A stretch of 63,124 nt of DNA, filler included, from Octopus bimaculoides (lineage: Eukaryota), in NCBI RefSeq assembly GCF_001194135.2. It is 6 parts of 6 records of this genome, joined end to end, with 100 filler letters (N's around TTAATTAATTAA, not from the genome) between each part and the next. Parts side by side here need not be neighbours in the genome. Positions count along the whole stretch, not along the records: positions 15,859 to 33,697 come from NC_068995.1; positions 33,798 to 47,033 come from NC_068991.1; 4 more parts are not named here. One strand, written 5' to 3'. The translations under genes and the position numbers were made by a program. This document shows positions 22,931-35,791 of the stretch, in pieces. The notes under the pieces were generated by a model, which was not told the origin of the DNA, ran no database searches, and was given only the letters and a program-made list of their open reading frames with translations. The number at the start of each line of letters is the position of its first letter. The stretch's first letter is position 1.

Positions 22931-25354
22931 GCAGAATGTTACGTTATCATTTAGGCCCCAGATAGAGCAGGTTTGCATCGGATCCTTTGGGTCAGAGCTG
23001 ACTTGGGGGCCAAAGAAACGAAGACAACTGCAGTGACAAATCTAACTCAATGAAGTTACCCCTATGTGTCGAACACCTAGCTAGAAATAGCAGTCATATC
23101 TCCCTTAAATACTCCTGTCCATCTTAATGTTAACGCACGCTTCACAGTGCAGAGATAGGGGAAGGTGAGGTAGCCATGACTGGAACGCCTTCGCATATAA
23201 AACTGCTCAGTCAGGATTCACCCAACAGTGAAAAGCAACAACAGCATACGAAATCAGTTAAAATCGATACACTTTCTGAACTTGATGACCGATTTCTCAA
23301 CGTATCGATTTCAAATATGTGTGGGACGTGGATGTATGGAATGTGACGCTTTGCAAAGAAAAGTTCGACAGTGACTTCGAAGTTTCAGCACGCAGCTATG
23401 ACAGCTGGTAAGCAGAAACTTGAAAGTCACCCAATCCTTACGTTGTAAAAAAATATATATACTTTTCTAAAAGGTACTGAACAACTCTCAGCTTAATATC
23501 AAATTGTTTGTTTGTGCGTCTATCTCTATCTCTATATAATACAAAGAATATATATGCATGTATACACACATATGTACATACTTCTACATGTGTATATAGA
23601 TGCATATCAGGGTACAAGACGTTAGAACAATGAACAACAGACCACGGAACGAACACATAGGAAAACAGATAGCCACTTGGAATTAATCGTTCGTCAGCTG
23701 CCTCTATTCTAACTAGACGTTTCGAATATATATATATATATATATANNNNNNNNNNNNNNNNNNNNNNNNNNNNNNNNNNNNNNNNNNNNNNNNNNNNNN
23801 NNNNNNNNNNNNNNNNNNNNNNNNNNNNNNNNNNNNNNNNNNNNNNNNNNNNNNNNNNNNNNNNNNNNNNNNNNNNNNNNNNNNNNNNNNNNNNNNNNNN
23901 NNNNNNNNNNNNNNNNNNNNNNNNNNNNNNNAAGAAACTACACAAAACAGACTTGCTAGAATTCTCGAATTTCTAGAAATAAAAAAAAAAAAAAGTATAT
24001 TTTGTTTAGTAATTAATCCAGTTTAATTTGTCTTAGAAATCACGGGCTCCTTCATTGGCTCAAACTATTTACATTACAAATGCGTGGTATCCCCGAATAG
24101 CTACAAAATTCTGAAGCTTTGCTGGTTTTATGTCAATGAATTATATCATGAAACGGCGATTACCTCGATTTAATAATCTTAGTTGTCATTTATTTATTTA
24201 AAATATGTGGTGGTTGCTTTTCTGTTTGGTTTTGTCTTTTCCTGATCAGTGACCTTTGTAGCCGTAACAAAGCCTTTTTCTTTTGTATATTGAAATATTT
24301 CTTAACAAGTTAGGTAAATAAAAAGAAACTGATCGATTGCCAGACAGAAAGAAACTTAGGTACACCAGTGTACATACACACAACTGTGTGGTGTATGGAT
24401 TTACGTTTAATGTGTGCACGTTTATTTAAGTTTATTTTAAAGGATATTAAAAATGCTTATATATATATATAACTCAACACTAAGAATTTATTGCACAACT
24501 AGCTGACTGGGAAATCAAGTTTAGCCTGTCGGCCTATTCAATAATATAGGGAAACAGATGGATAGGAATATAGTTTGATAAATAGATAGGGGCGCCCTTG
24601 ATGGCGGAGTTTCGGATATGTTCTATACCTCATGTGAAAGGAAAAGGTTAATTTTTTTAAAAAGTATTCTTGATAAAGAAAATTATGATTTCGAGAAATC
24701 ATTTTGTTCCTGTTTACATTTTGCCTCCAACTTCCGCATCCTTCTCTTATCCCATAATGTGGTTGTTGCTGTATTTGTTTTTGTGAGCAGGGTGTCATAG
24801 AACCATTACAAGTCCCGGGGTTAAAGCAATATAGGGGAGCCCAGTATACATAGACGAGCATTGAGTTCCTAAAACTCTAGATCAGAGTGGACACCAAGAA
24901 ACCTATCCAAACCCTGCTCCATTAATGTGGACAGCTAAGTCATGTTCTTCTTAAAGACGTAGAAATATGACAGTATCGTCACGTGGCACAAAATACATTG
25001 AAGGTAGAGAGCAGTTGCCATCGAGATGACATTGCATTTATAAAAGACGAGAATATGATTTTGTGCCCGCAGCTACTAATATGCTTAAAAAGAGCCCTGG
25101 GGCAGTGACATGATGATATATCTGGATCACTGAACCACTGCATGTATACAGATACGCAGATGAGTGAATTGTGCGTGTGCACGCGTATATACGTGTATTT
25201 GTGTCGCGAGTGTGCGTGCGCACAAATGTAGAACTGATAAGAAACATTGGTTTTTCATTAAATTCCTCTCCGACAAGCAGGCGAGGTGTTTGCTAGTTCA
25301 TAATCCGTCGTCATCTGCATTAGTTTCCTTCGAGGAGTCTATAGTGAACTCGTT

Positions 25355-25667
25355 GTTGGCACTCCGTCGCTTACGTCAACGAGTGTTCCAGTTGATCCGA
25401 TCAACGGAATAGCCTGCTGGTGAAATTAACGTGCAAGTGGCTGAACACTCCACAGACACGTGTACCCTTAACGTAGTTCTCGGGAGTGATTCAGCGTGAC
25501 ACAGAGTGTGACAAGGCTGGCCCCTTTGAAATACAGGCACAACAGAAACAGGAAGTAAGAATGAGAGACAGTTGTGGTGAAAGAGTACAGCAGGGTTCGC
25601 CACCATCCCCTGCCGGAGCCTCGTGGAGCTTTAGGTGTTTTCGCTCAATAAACACTCACAACGCCCG
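25355..25667 (-). mobile_element. SINE family C; 5' end lost in a gap
   Basis: Reverse complement closely matches 10066-10715 (cgggcgttgtgagtgtttattgagcg...gacgtaagcgacggagtgccaac). Confidence 0.9.
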
Positions 25668-26764
25668 NNNNNNNNNNNNNNNNNNNNNNNNNNNNNNNNN
25701 NNNNNNNNNNNNNNNNNNNNNNNNNNNNNNNNNNNNNNNNNNNNNNNNNNNNNNNNNNNNNNNNNNNNNNNNNNNNNNNNNNNNNNNNNNNNNNNNNNNN
25801 NNNNNNNNNNNNNNNNNNNNNNNNNNNNNNNNNNNNNNNNNNNNNNNNNNNNNNNNNNNNNNNNNNNNNNNNNNNNNNNNNNNNNNNNNNNNNNNNNNNN
25901 NNNNNNNNNNNNNNNNNNNNNNNNNNNNNNNNNNNNNNNNNNNNNNNNNNNNNNNNNNNNNNNNNNNNNNNNNNNNNNNNNNNNNNNNNNNNNNNNNNNN
26001 NNNNNNNNNNNNNNNNNNNNNNNNNNNNNNNNNNNNNNNNNNNNNTGTGTGTGCGCGCGCGCGCAGGAAATCTTTCACATTTCCACATTAGTCGATTGTG
26101 CTTTGTTTGCAACAATGCAATTTCTGGATCCCGTGAGATTTCTGGATCTTTCCCGATTTTATTGTCTAGATGAAATTTCATCATGAATATAAATATGCCC
26201 TATTACTTTTGATAGATGAAATTTCATCATGAATATAAATATGTCGTATTACTTATTAATTAACAAAGAAAGTAATTTTGTTCATCGGGAGACAGATCGA
26301 TGGAAAAAAAACTAATCGATAAGGAATAAATAAATGTGTGCAACATCGTGAAGTATACAGAATAAAGGGAATACATTAAATACGGAAAGAAATCGGTAGT
26401 GTCTCGGAAAAACAAGCCCGTTAAAGAATTTAAGTATTCTTGTATTTCATACCTTGAAAACATGAAAACATGAAAATTACGATAACGGGGAAAAAAAGAA
26501 AAAAAAAAAAAAAAAAAANNNNNNNNNNNNNNNNNNNNNNNNNNNNNNNNNNNNNNNNNNNNNNNNNNNNCCCCCCCCCCAAATAAAAAGAACCACTCAA
26601 CGTATTACACAAAACAACATTTGTATTGAAGGTAAATGAACAGTTTGTCAAAGAACAAGAAAGAAAAGAGCGTCGAATTTCGTTCAGTATGTCACCATGC
26701 ATTTATATGAACCAAGGGACGCTGTATGTGATACTCGCACTGCTAAAATAAAATTCCTCCATCA

Positions 26765-27060
26765 GACGACCAAAGCCTTGTGAGTGGATTTGGTAGACGG
26801 AGACGGAAAGAAGCCCGTCGTATATAGGTTTATATATGCGTGTGCGTGTGTGTGTGTGTGTGTCTGTCCCCCCTAACATCGCTTGACAACCGATGCTGGT
26901 GTGTTTACGTCTCCGTAATTTGGCGGTTCGACAAAAGAGACTGATATAATAAGTACTAGGCTTACAAAGAATAAGTCCTGGGGTCGATTTGCTCGACTAA
27001 AGGCGGTGCTCCAGCATGGCCACAGTCAAATGACTGAAACAAGTAAAAGAGTAAAAGAGA
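26765..27060 (+). mobile_element. SINE family A, 5'-truncated
   Basis: gaccaaagccttgtgagtggatttggtagacgg...aagtaaaagagtaaaagag. Confidence 0.85.
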
Positions 27061-27585
27061 TCATCCCCCTAATATCATCAAAACTGAAAGCTTCATTAGA
27101 CAATGAAGTCCCTTATGCACGATATGATCACCACAGTCGGAATAACTGAACAAGTCTGCTCTCTCAGCACTTACCCAGGGTTAAAGAAAAATAACAGCAA
27201 GCCATGAAGCAGCTGTAACAATATCTTACGGAAACACTAATATCAAGCTGCCGATTAAACCTCTGATCATTATAATTATGATAAAACACAAAAATCAAAT
27301 CGTTGACGAGTTAATATCGTTAACCATAAAATGCACCACACATTTTCGTCAACTGAACATGAATTTACAATAACTATAGCAACACATCTCACACACACAC
27401 GAAGAAGAAAAAAAAAATATGTAGACGATATCGGAAAACAATTTGACAAGTGCAACACAAATAGAAATCTTGACATAAATAAACAGTAATTGGAAGCTAC
27501 ATGAATAACAAAATATATACCGAAAATCAACACCCAAATAGCAAACATCCTCATAAGAAACTAATAAAAGCCCAAAATTAGTCTT

Positions 27586-27717
27586 GAAGGATGGGTAAAT
27601 TTTCAGATTAACACCCGCACGATTTTCACTAGGGTTTTAGGGTTAGGGACAGAATTCCCACCATAACACCCTAGTGAAAATCGTGCGGGTGTTAATCTGA
27701 AAATTTACCGAAGGATG
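27586..27717. mobile_element. 116-bp MITE (27594-27709) with perfect 42-bp TIRs and 8-bp TSD GAAGGATG
   Basis: Arms 27594-27635 and 27668-27709 are exact reverse complements. TSDs at 27586-27593 and 27710-27717. Confidence 0.92.
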
Positions 27718-29421
27718 AAAATACATTTTTTTTTTTTGTATCTTTTAGTCGGAGAGAAGTAGTGCCCATGACATTTACAGGGCCTCCGAGATTAGTGAAA
27801 GGTGGGGAGTGAGTGAGTGAGGGAAGAATCCTTAATCTTGAAACCTAGCATGGTCGTTCGCAACAGAGTGGGTTCTGCTGAAGGAACCCAGCGTGCCAAG
27901 TGGTGGTGGTGGTAAACTGGGTGACTTTAGTTAGCAACAACGAGTTTCGTTGTACAGCAACAATTAATCCATGTTCGTCCCCACTATTCTTCACAAACTG
28001 GCGATGACAGTAGCGAGAAGCTAGTTATTAAAATGTAAACAAAACTTGTGACTGACACAGTTAATTTACATAATGGTACAAGGTTGACAGCCAGACACAG
28101 ACAAGCACTATCTACTGGCTGATTAAGAAGAAAAAGAAAAAAATGCGGGAAAAGCAGTTGTAAGAATAACGAGGGAGTCTCCAGGTGGTTGTCCACCCTG
28201 ACCCTAACCCTAACCACACCTTATCTTAAAAATACGATAGAGACTGTAATCCCCGATTCACCAAAGTGATGAGATCGCTACAGTTGGAACCCCTTTAAGG
28301 ACGAAAGGGTCTGCTCATCATACATGAATGAAATGTAGATCGATCCATCTATATCCTAGTCCTAATCGCCAAATCTCAAACTCTCGTGAAATCAAAGTAG
28401 CGCAGTATTTTTTTTCAATTTTTTTGTTTTTTATAAGTGAGGACATAAGTCCCACGTGACAGAACATGACAATTTGGTGGAATGTGGAAACTCAGAATGG
28501 AGCGAATAAAACCTGTAATAATTAAAAATTATTTCGCGCTCTATCAAAGCAATGGTTGGAAAATATAGTATTGAAAGCCATTGAAGAGCAATGCAGAAGT
28601 GGGTTGCAGGCCAGTCCCTCTTCTGGATATGAGAAGGGTATTTGTAGGCGGAAGACCATCCAGTTGGCTGCGGAGGCAGCAACGATTGCCTCAAGGTGGT
28701 TGTGGAGTTGGAGGTTCGAGCCTCAGAAGGGATAGTGCCATCACGGGTAGTTCTAACAGGGTACAATCTGGAATTTGGTCAGCTCTGGCTGGGTTGACTG
28801 GGTGAGGGTGTCATTGTTGAAAGATCCGGAACACCTAATCACACCAGGAAACATGACTAATGATTCTCCAGGTGCATAACATGATGTATGAATATATACA
28901 AGTAGGACGTAGGACAAAACGGTTGAGAAACGCAGATTTAGCGCTTTAAATGAAGAGAATATTAAATTATGTATGCCGTAGTTCATTATGGTCAGAAAAA
29001 GGGATCGATTTTAAAGTAACGATAGGTCGTTGGTTTATCGATTCAATCAAGGCTGACTTAAAGCTAAACAAAAGCAAAAACTTGTGGCTACCGCCACACG
29101 TAAAAGACGAATATCAGAAAACAACCCGCCTCCCCCAATACCAAACCCCACAAAAAAAACAAAAAAAAAAAAACAACGTTAATTAAGGGGTTCATTAATT
29201 AAGAGTTATAGTACTGAAAGGTAATCGTGTTTTGAATTAATGCATGTTTGACAATTATATTTAAAACGAAAAAGTCATGTCACCGAATACACGCTTACAT
29301 GGCCCGCACACACACATATACACAAACACGTATACACAAACACGTATACATACACACATGCGCGCGCGTGTTATGAAGATATATATATATGTATATATAT
29401 ATATATGTATATATATATATG

Positions 29422-29452
<31 letters not shown>

Positions 29453-29622
29453 GCGTGTGTGTATGCACACAGACATTGTGTAATATGTGATCGTGTGCGC
29501 ACACTCAAACACACACACACACACACACAAGTGGTTTAGCTGTCAATAAAAGTGGTTTCATTAAAAGTGGACTGTTTACATTGGTGATGTATATTGCTAC
29601 GAGAGAGAGAGAAGGAGGAGGA

Positions 29623-29662
<40 letters not shown>

Positions 29663-30192
29663 ACACTATATAAATATATAGGACGAAATGCACATGTGAT
29701 GCAGAAGACGTAACTAGTCGAAAACCTTCGTTGTTAGCGAATCAAAATATTGCACGAATGTACACAGATGTACACGTGTTTATGTCATTATTATTTGGCT
29801 GCTCGTCGAAATCTATCGATTACGGATCTATCGGTGTTCAATAAGTTCAACCAAGAGTACTTTCGCATTGGATATTCCACGGACACGGGATAACGTACCC
29901 TGCACCAGCAGAATCATCGTGACTACGGTGGGTGGCAAGGGTGTATTTTTTTCTTGAGTTAGAGGTACAATCCATTGTACGGGCTTCGATACAGTTTCGC
30001 GGAACATTTAAATTTAAAGTTTTTTGGATTAGCCCGAAGCTATGGAAAAAAAAAAAAGAAAAAAATGATATTTGCCCAAGGTGCCATATAGTGGATTCGA
30101 TCCTTTGCCTCGAGATTGTGAACCTAATGTGTAAACCGATTCGGCTCCGTCCATCATTATATATATATATATATATATATATAGTGTGTATG

Positions 30193-30260
<68 letters not shown>

Positions 30261-31690
30261 GTATATATATATACCCGTCTGTCGGGGAAAAAAGAATACT
30301 CAATACCAAAGTAGGGATTAATAGAATATCCGAGGCGAGTCATTGAGTATCGTCTGTGAGTGCACAGTGTAGCTAGGAGAGACTCGACCAAAATTTCTTA
30401 TATATATATATATATATATGCGCGAAGGTGTGTGTTTCAAAGATTCACCTGTTAAAAGAGAAGCAGGTTATAATTTCATATAATTAAGATGACGACGATA
30501 ACAATTATAAGAATAATGATGATACTGATCAGAGGCAAGGGAATTTGTTTTTTGTTTGGTTTTGTTTTCTAAAAACAAAAAGAGTAGTTTGAAAGAACTT
30601 CGTTTAGTAAGATCGATAATGGAAGAACATTGATGGTAGTTAGAAAGACACGGTAGATACAATGGTGATGCAGATAAAAAAAAAAAAAAAAGGGAGGCTG
30701 AATCGGAACGTAGGAGTCGTCGAGGTATAAAAAACAAAAAACAAAAAAAAAACAACAAATTTGTCAGAAAGAAAACAAAAACAGATCACACATACAATAT
30801 ACATACATACACACAAATATTATATATATATATATATATATNNNNNNNNNNNNNNNNNNNNNNNNNNNNNNNNNNNNNNNNNNNNNNNNNNNNNNNNNNN
30901 NNNNNNNNNNNNNNNNNNNNNNNNNNNNNNNNNNNNNNNNNNNNNNNNNNNNNNNNNNNNNNNNNNNNNNNNNNNNNNNNNNNNNNNNNNNNNNNNNNNN
31001 NNNNNNNNNNNNNNNNNNNNNNNNNNNNNNNNNNNNNNNNNNNNNNNNNNNNNNNNNNNNNNNNNNNNNNNNNNNNNNNNNNNNNNNNNNNNNNNNNNNN
31101 NNNNNNNNNNNNNNNNNNNNNNNNNNNNNNNNNNNNNNNNNNNNNNNNNNNNNNNNNNNNNNNNNNNNNNNNNNNNNNNNNNNNNNNNNNNNNNNNNNNN
31201 NNNNNNNNNNNNNNNNNNNNNNNNNNNNNNNNNNNNNNNNNNNNNNNNNNNNNNNNNNNNNNNNNNNNNNNNNNNNNNNNNNNNNNNNNNNNNNNNNNNN
31301 NNNNNNNNNNNNNNNNNNNNNNNNNNNNNNNNNNNNNNNNNNNNNNNNNNNNNNNNNNNNNNNNNNNNNNNNNNNNNNNNNNNNNNNNNNNNNNNNNNNN
31401 NNNNNNNNNNNNNNNNNNNNTATATATATCTGTATATATATATCTGTATATATATATATACAAAATATATTGACTATGAGAGCGTGAATTTGCAGATTTG
31501 TAAGAAAGTTAAATTAGTCCGTATATATTGGTTTGTAGATATGTATATAATATATACTGTGTAAAATTTTTTTCTATATTTAAAAACATACAAAATTGTA
31601 TGTGAAATATATATATATTTATATATAAACGTATATATGTATGCGAGTATGTAAACTTATAGTTGTAGCTGTATAAAGTGCTGCGTGTAT

Positions 31691-31764
<74 letters not shown>

Positions 31765-31919
31765 TGTCTTTCACACACTCTCCCTCTCTCTCTCTCCCTC
31801 ACGCTCGCTCTCCCTGCTCTAAGCCAAGTCCGACGAAGTCCGTCTGATCGACTCGAATGTGTTGTAGTGCCTTGAGTATTGTGCGGCTCAGAGCGTCAGG
31901 GATTGCAGCATTTGGTCCA

Positions 31920-31995
31920 CTCTTTCAGCTGACTACAAATCGCACAATTTTATAAGATTCATTCAAAAGGTAACACACAAACCGACCAATCAGAA
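31920..31995 (-). promoter_or_regulatory. Candidate Pol II core promoter (TATAAAA plus NF-Y-type CCAAT)
   Basis: TATAAAA on the minus strand at 31954-31948 and gaCCAATcag at 31984-31993, in a CpG-richer non-repeat patch. Confidence 0.3.
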
Positions 31996-32094
31996 GCCTC
32001 TTCTAAGTGTACTCAAGCAGAATATATACTCACACATATACATACATACACACACACACACACTATGAGAGGAAGAGGGGGAGAGATATCTATA

Positions 32095-32189
<95 letters not shown>

Positions 32190-33697
32190 ATTATATATAT
32201 ATATATATATATACACACGCACACACACACACACGTGTATTTGTATACAGTCGCATACAGATAAATAAACAAAGGTGTTAAACTAGCACGTAAAACACAC
32301 GTGTGTTTATGTACATACACACACACACACACAGACACACGCACATACATATGTATATATACATATCTATACACACGCTATGTATAAAATATACATGCAT
32401 GTACACGATCAAATCCGTACACACAGACACACACACGTGTACATACATACGCATATACTTACTCATACGTACACACACACACACACACACACACACGCGG
32501 CCGGCTAGACACGCTTACACACGCGCGCGCGCGACGATAGAAACGGGACAAACAAACAAATAAATAAATAATAGTAGTAGTAGTCGTAAGGAAAGGAAAG
32601 AAATCTATCGGTCACCCCCACTTCCGTCCACTGTGTGAATGTCTCATGTCTACGCACACATACATGCGAACATGTGTAAACATACATACACACATACACA
32701 CGTGTGTGTGTGTGTGTGCGTGTGTGTATACATTTGTTTATATGTATATAAATCTACACATGTATTGTAAAAGTAAAAACAAAACGTATATATGCATATG
32801 TCACTTATGTATTTCACGCAGAAATACGTATACAATGTACGTGTGTACGTGCGTGCGCGTGTAAACACGCGCACACACACACACACACACACACACGAGC
32901 GAGTGCGTGTGTGTAATGTAAACACGTACATACGCATACAACTCTGAGCGTGTGCGTGTAAACACACACACACACACACAGTCTATGAGCATGCGTGTGT
33001 GCATCTAAACGCGCGCACACAGTTTTTTTTAGAATGTGTGCGTGCGTGCTCACGCAATTTTGTGTTGATGTTATTTAACCTTAGGTTATCCCCGACAGTC
33101 AAGTCATGATCGAAGGGGTTCCAATCAGGACCCCGCAGTTTTATACCGGAATGCAAGATAAAAAAAAAGAAACTACACTAGACCGTGTCCTTCCTTTTTC
33201 AAGGCGTTTGGACGTGATGTAAGGGCAGCTTCGTTATTTCTAGCGCGTTGCCTTTGATTTTACGTGATTGCATATAATTTATACACCCTCGCATAAATAT
33301 ATAGCGTTGTTATTTGTGTAGAAGGATCTATTATATGTCAGCGTTGTCTTATAGACTATGCAAATTTGTTAGTCGATCGGGGATTCTGCATGTTTAGGGA
33401 CCTTCCTCTTGAGTATGGTGGGGTGGGGGGTGGTGGTGACGTCCCCCTGTATTACTTTGCTCGGGCCCTAATATATACATATATATATAGAAACACACAC
33501 ACACATATACATATATACGCGCGTGTGCGCGAACATTCACACACACACGTATATCATATATATATATACACACGCACGGGCAATCGCACACTAGCAAACA
33601 CGCGCGCCTACACACACGCACGCACGCAGACGCACACACGCACGTAGACGCACACACGCACGCAGACGCACACACGCACGCAGACACACACGCGCAC

Positions 33698-33797
33698 NNN
33701 NNNNNNNNNNNNNNNNNNNNNNNNNNNNNNNNNNNNNNNNNTTAATTAATTAANNNNNNNNNNNNNNNNNNNNNNNNNNNNNNNNNNNNNNNNNNNN
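33698..33797. other. Artificial scaffold-joining spacer
   Basis: 44 N + TTAATTAATTAA (33742-33753) + 44 N. Confidence 0.95.
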
Positions 33798-33885
<88 letters not shown>

Positions 33886-33956
33886 ACATGCATACATACA
33901 TACATTCATATACACATACGTACATATATAGATACATGTATCTATATACATATACG

Positions 33957-34734
33957 CAGCTGGATCGTAAAGTTACATGTCTGAATACATGTTATTTGGA
34001 AATGGTTCTTTTTTAGTATATGAAGTTTTAACTCAGGGGGACTAATCCGAGCTGTGGGTGTTAGGTTTGCATCAGTTAGATGTGGTTTAGATTGTAGTAT
34101 GTGAATGTGTGTTTAGCTGTATGCAGGCACCTGGGTAATTGTTCTGTAAATCTGTTTATAATGAACTCCTTTGTCAACAATATTGAGAGTGACTCTTCAG
34201 AACATAGCTGGCATTTCCGGGATAATGCGTTATAGGGATTCGCAAGTCGAATTATGGACCAGGTCAGGTCGTAGTTTGCCTTCCCCTCTTTGAGCCTCCA
34301 GATAAAATTAGCCATTGATGTTACATGCCGTTTAAGGATTTTTTGAAAACTGGCACTGTGGTTGCGATATCGATTTTTGAAAATATCGGCCGATGCACCG
34401 ATATATTCGTAGGGGTCACCTCTAGTATTTACTGAGCGCTTATACACCACATTCCTGGCCATACATTGATTGTCTAGGAACATTTGGATTTGTCTCTGCG
34501 TGAGCATAATTGGTTGGGTTTTTTGTTTGCAGCGAGCACTTGATGATTTGGTTCTGTTCAGTATATTCGTGGTCGTGGTTATCCTATTATTATTACTATT
34601 TCCAGGTGTGTTAGTGTTGTTGTTTCAATTGGTTGGTTATTGTAGATATTGCAGTTGTTTTTTCTCGGTTGGTTGGTTGGTTGGTTGGTATTCGAATAAC
34701 ATGTATTTAGACATGTAACTTTACAATCCAGCTG
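33957..34734 (-). mobile_element. Penelope-like element fragment: GIY-YIG endonuclease region between ~40-bp inverted termini
   Basis: CSRRDKSKC / (frameshift) LDNQC..RNVVY...YIGAS..FKNRYRNH..SF...IWRLK...W.I...ANPY...CQLCSEE.L.I...INR..E..PRCLH. Inverted repeats at 33957-33996 and 34695-34734 match at 38/40. Confidence 0.8.
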
Positions 34735-35705
34735 TGTATATGTATATAGATATATGTATTTGTATATGTATGTATGTATGTATATATGTATGTGCATGTG
34801 AATGTATATGTGTATATGTATATGTGTGTGTGTGTGTGCGTGTATGCTATTGTGTGTNNNNNNNNNNGTATATGTATATGTGTGTGTGTGTGTGCGTGTA
34901 TGCTATTGTGTGTCTAAGTCTATGTATGTATTTATATGCATCTATATGTATGTGTATGTGTATGCATATATGTGTATATGCGGATGTGTACTTACGTATA
35001 TATGTGTGTGTGTGTATGTATATGTATGTATGTATATATATATACATATATATNNNNNNNNNNNNNNNNNNNNNNNNNNNNNNNNNNNNNNNNNNNNNNN
35101 NNNNNNNNNNNNNNNNNNNNNNNNNNNNNNNNNNNNNNNNNNNNNNNNNNNNNNNNNNNNNNNNNNNNNNNNNNNNNNNNNNNNNNNNNNNNNNNNNNNN
35201 NNNNNNNNNNNNNNNNNNNNNNNNNNNNNNNNNNNNNNNNNNNNNNNNNNNNNNNNNNNNNNNNNNNNNNNNNNNNNNNNNNNNNNNNNNNNNNNNNNNN
35301 NNNNNNNNNNNNNNNNNNNNNNNNNNNNNNNNNNNNNNNNNNNNNNNNNNNNNNNNNNNNNNNNNNNNNNNNNNNNNNNNNNNNNNNNNNNNNNNNNNNN
35401 NNNNNNNNNNNNNNNNNNNNNNNNNNNNNNNNNNNNNNNNNNNNNNNNNNNNNNNNNNNNNNNNNNNNNNNNNNNNNNNNNNNNNNNNNNNNNNNNNNNN
35501 NNNNNNNNNNNNNNNNNNNNNNNNNNNNNNNNNNNNNNNNNNNNNNNNNNNNNNNNNNNNNNNNNNNNNNNNNNNNNNNNNNNNNNNNNNNNNNNNNNNN
35601 NNNNNNNNNNNNNNNNNNNNNNNNNNNNNNNNNNNNNNNNNNNNNNNNNNNNNNNNNNNNNNNNNNNNNNNNNNNNNNNNNNNNNNNNNNNNNNNNNNNN
35701 NNNNN

Positions 35706-35789
<84 letters not shown>

Positions 35790-35791
<2 letters not shown>

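Noticed and set aside
23640-23730. Hammerhead-like words GAAACGTC and CTGACGA on the minus strand
   Set aside because: They are in the wrong order for a type-I fold, stem I does not pair, and the upstream part is lost in a TA repeat and gap.
24810-25100. Very decayed RTE 3' end (EWTPRN-like)
   Set aside because: There are too few matching residues to support a call by eye.
26167-26258. 46-bp tandem duplication
   Set aside because: It is real but only a two-copy local slippage with no sign of function.
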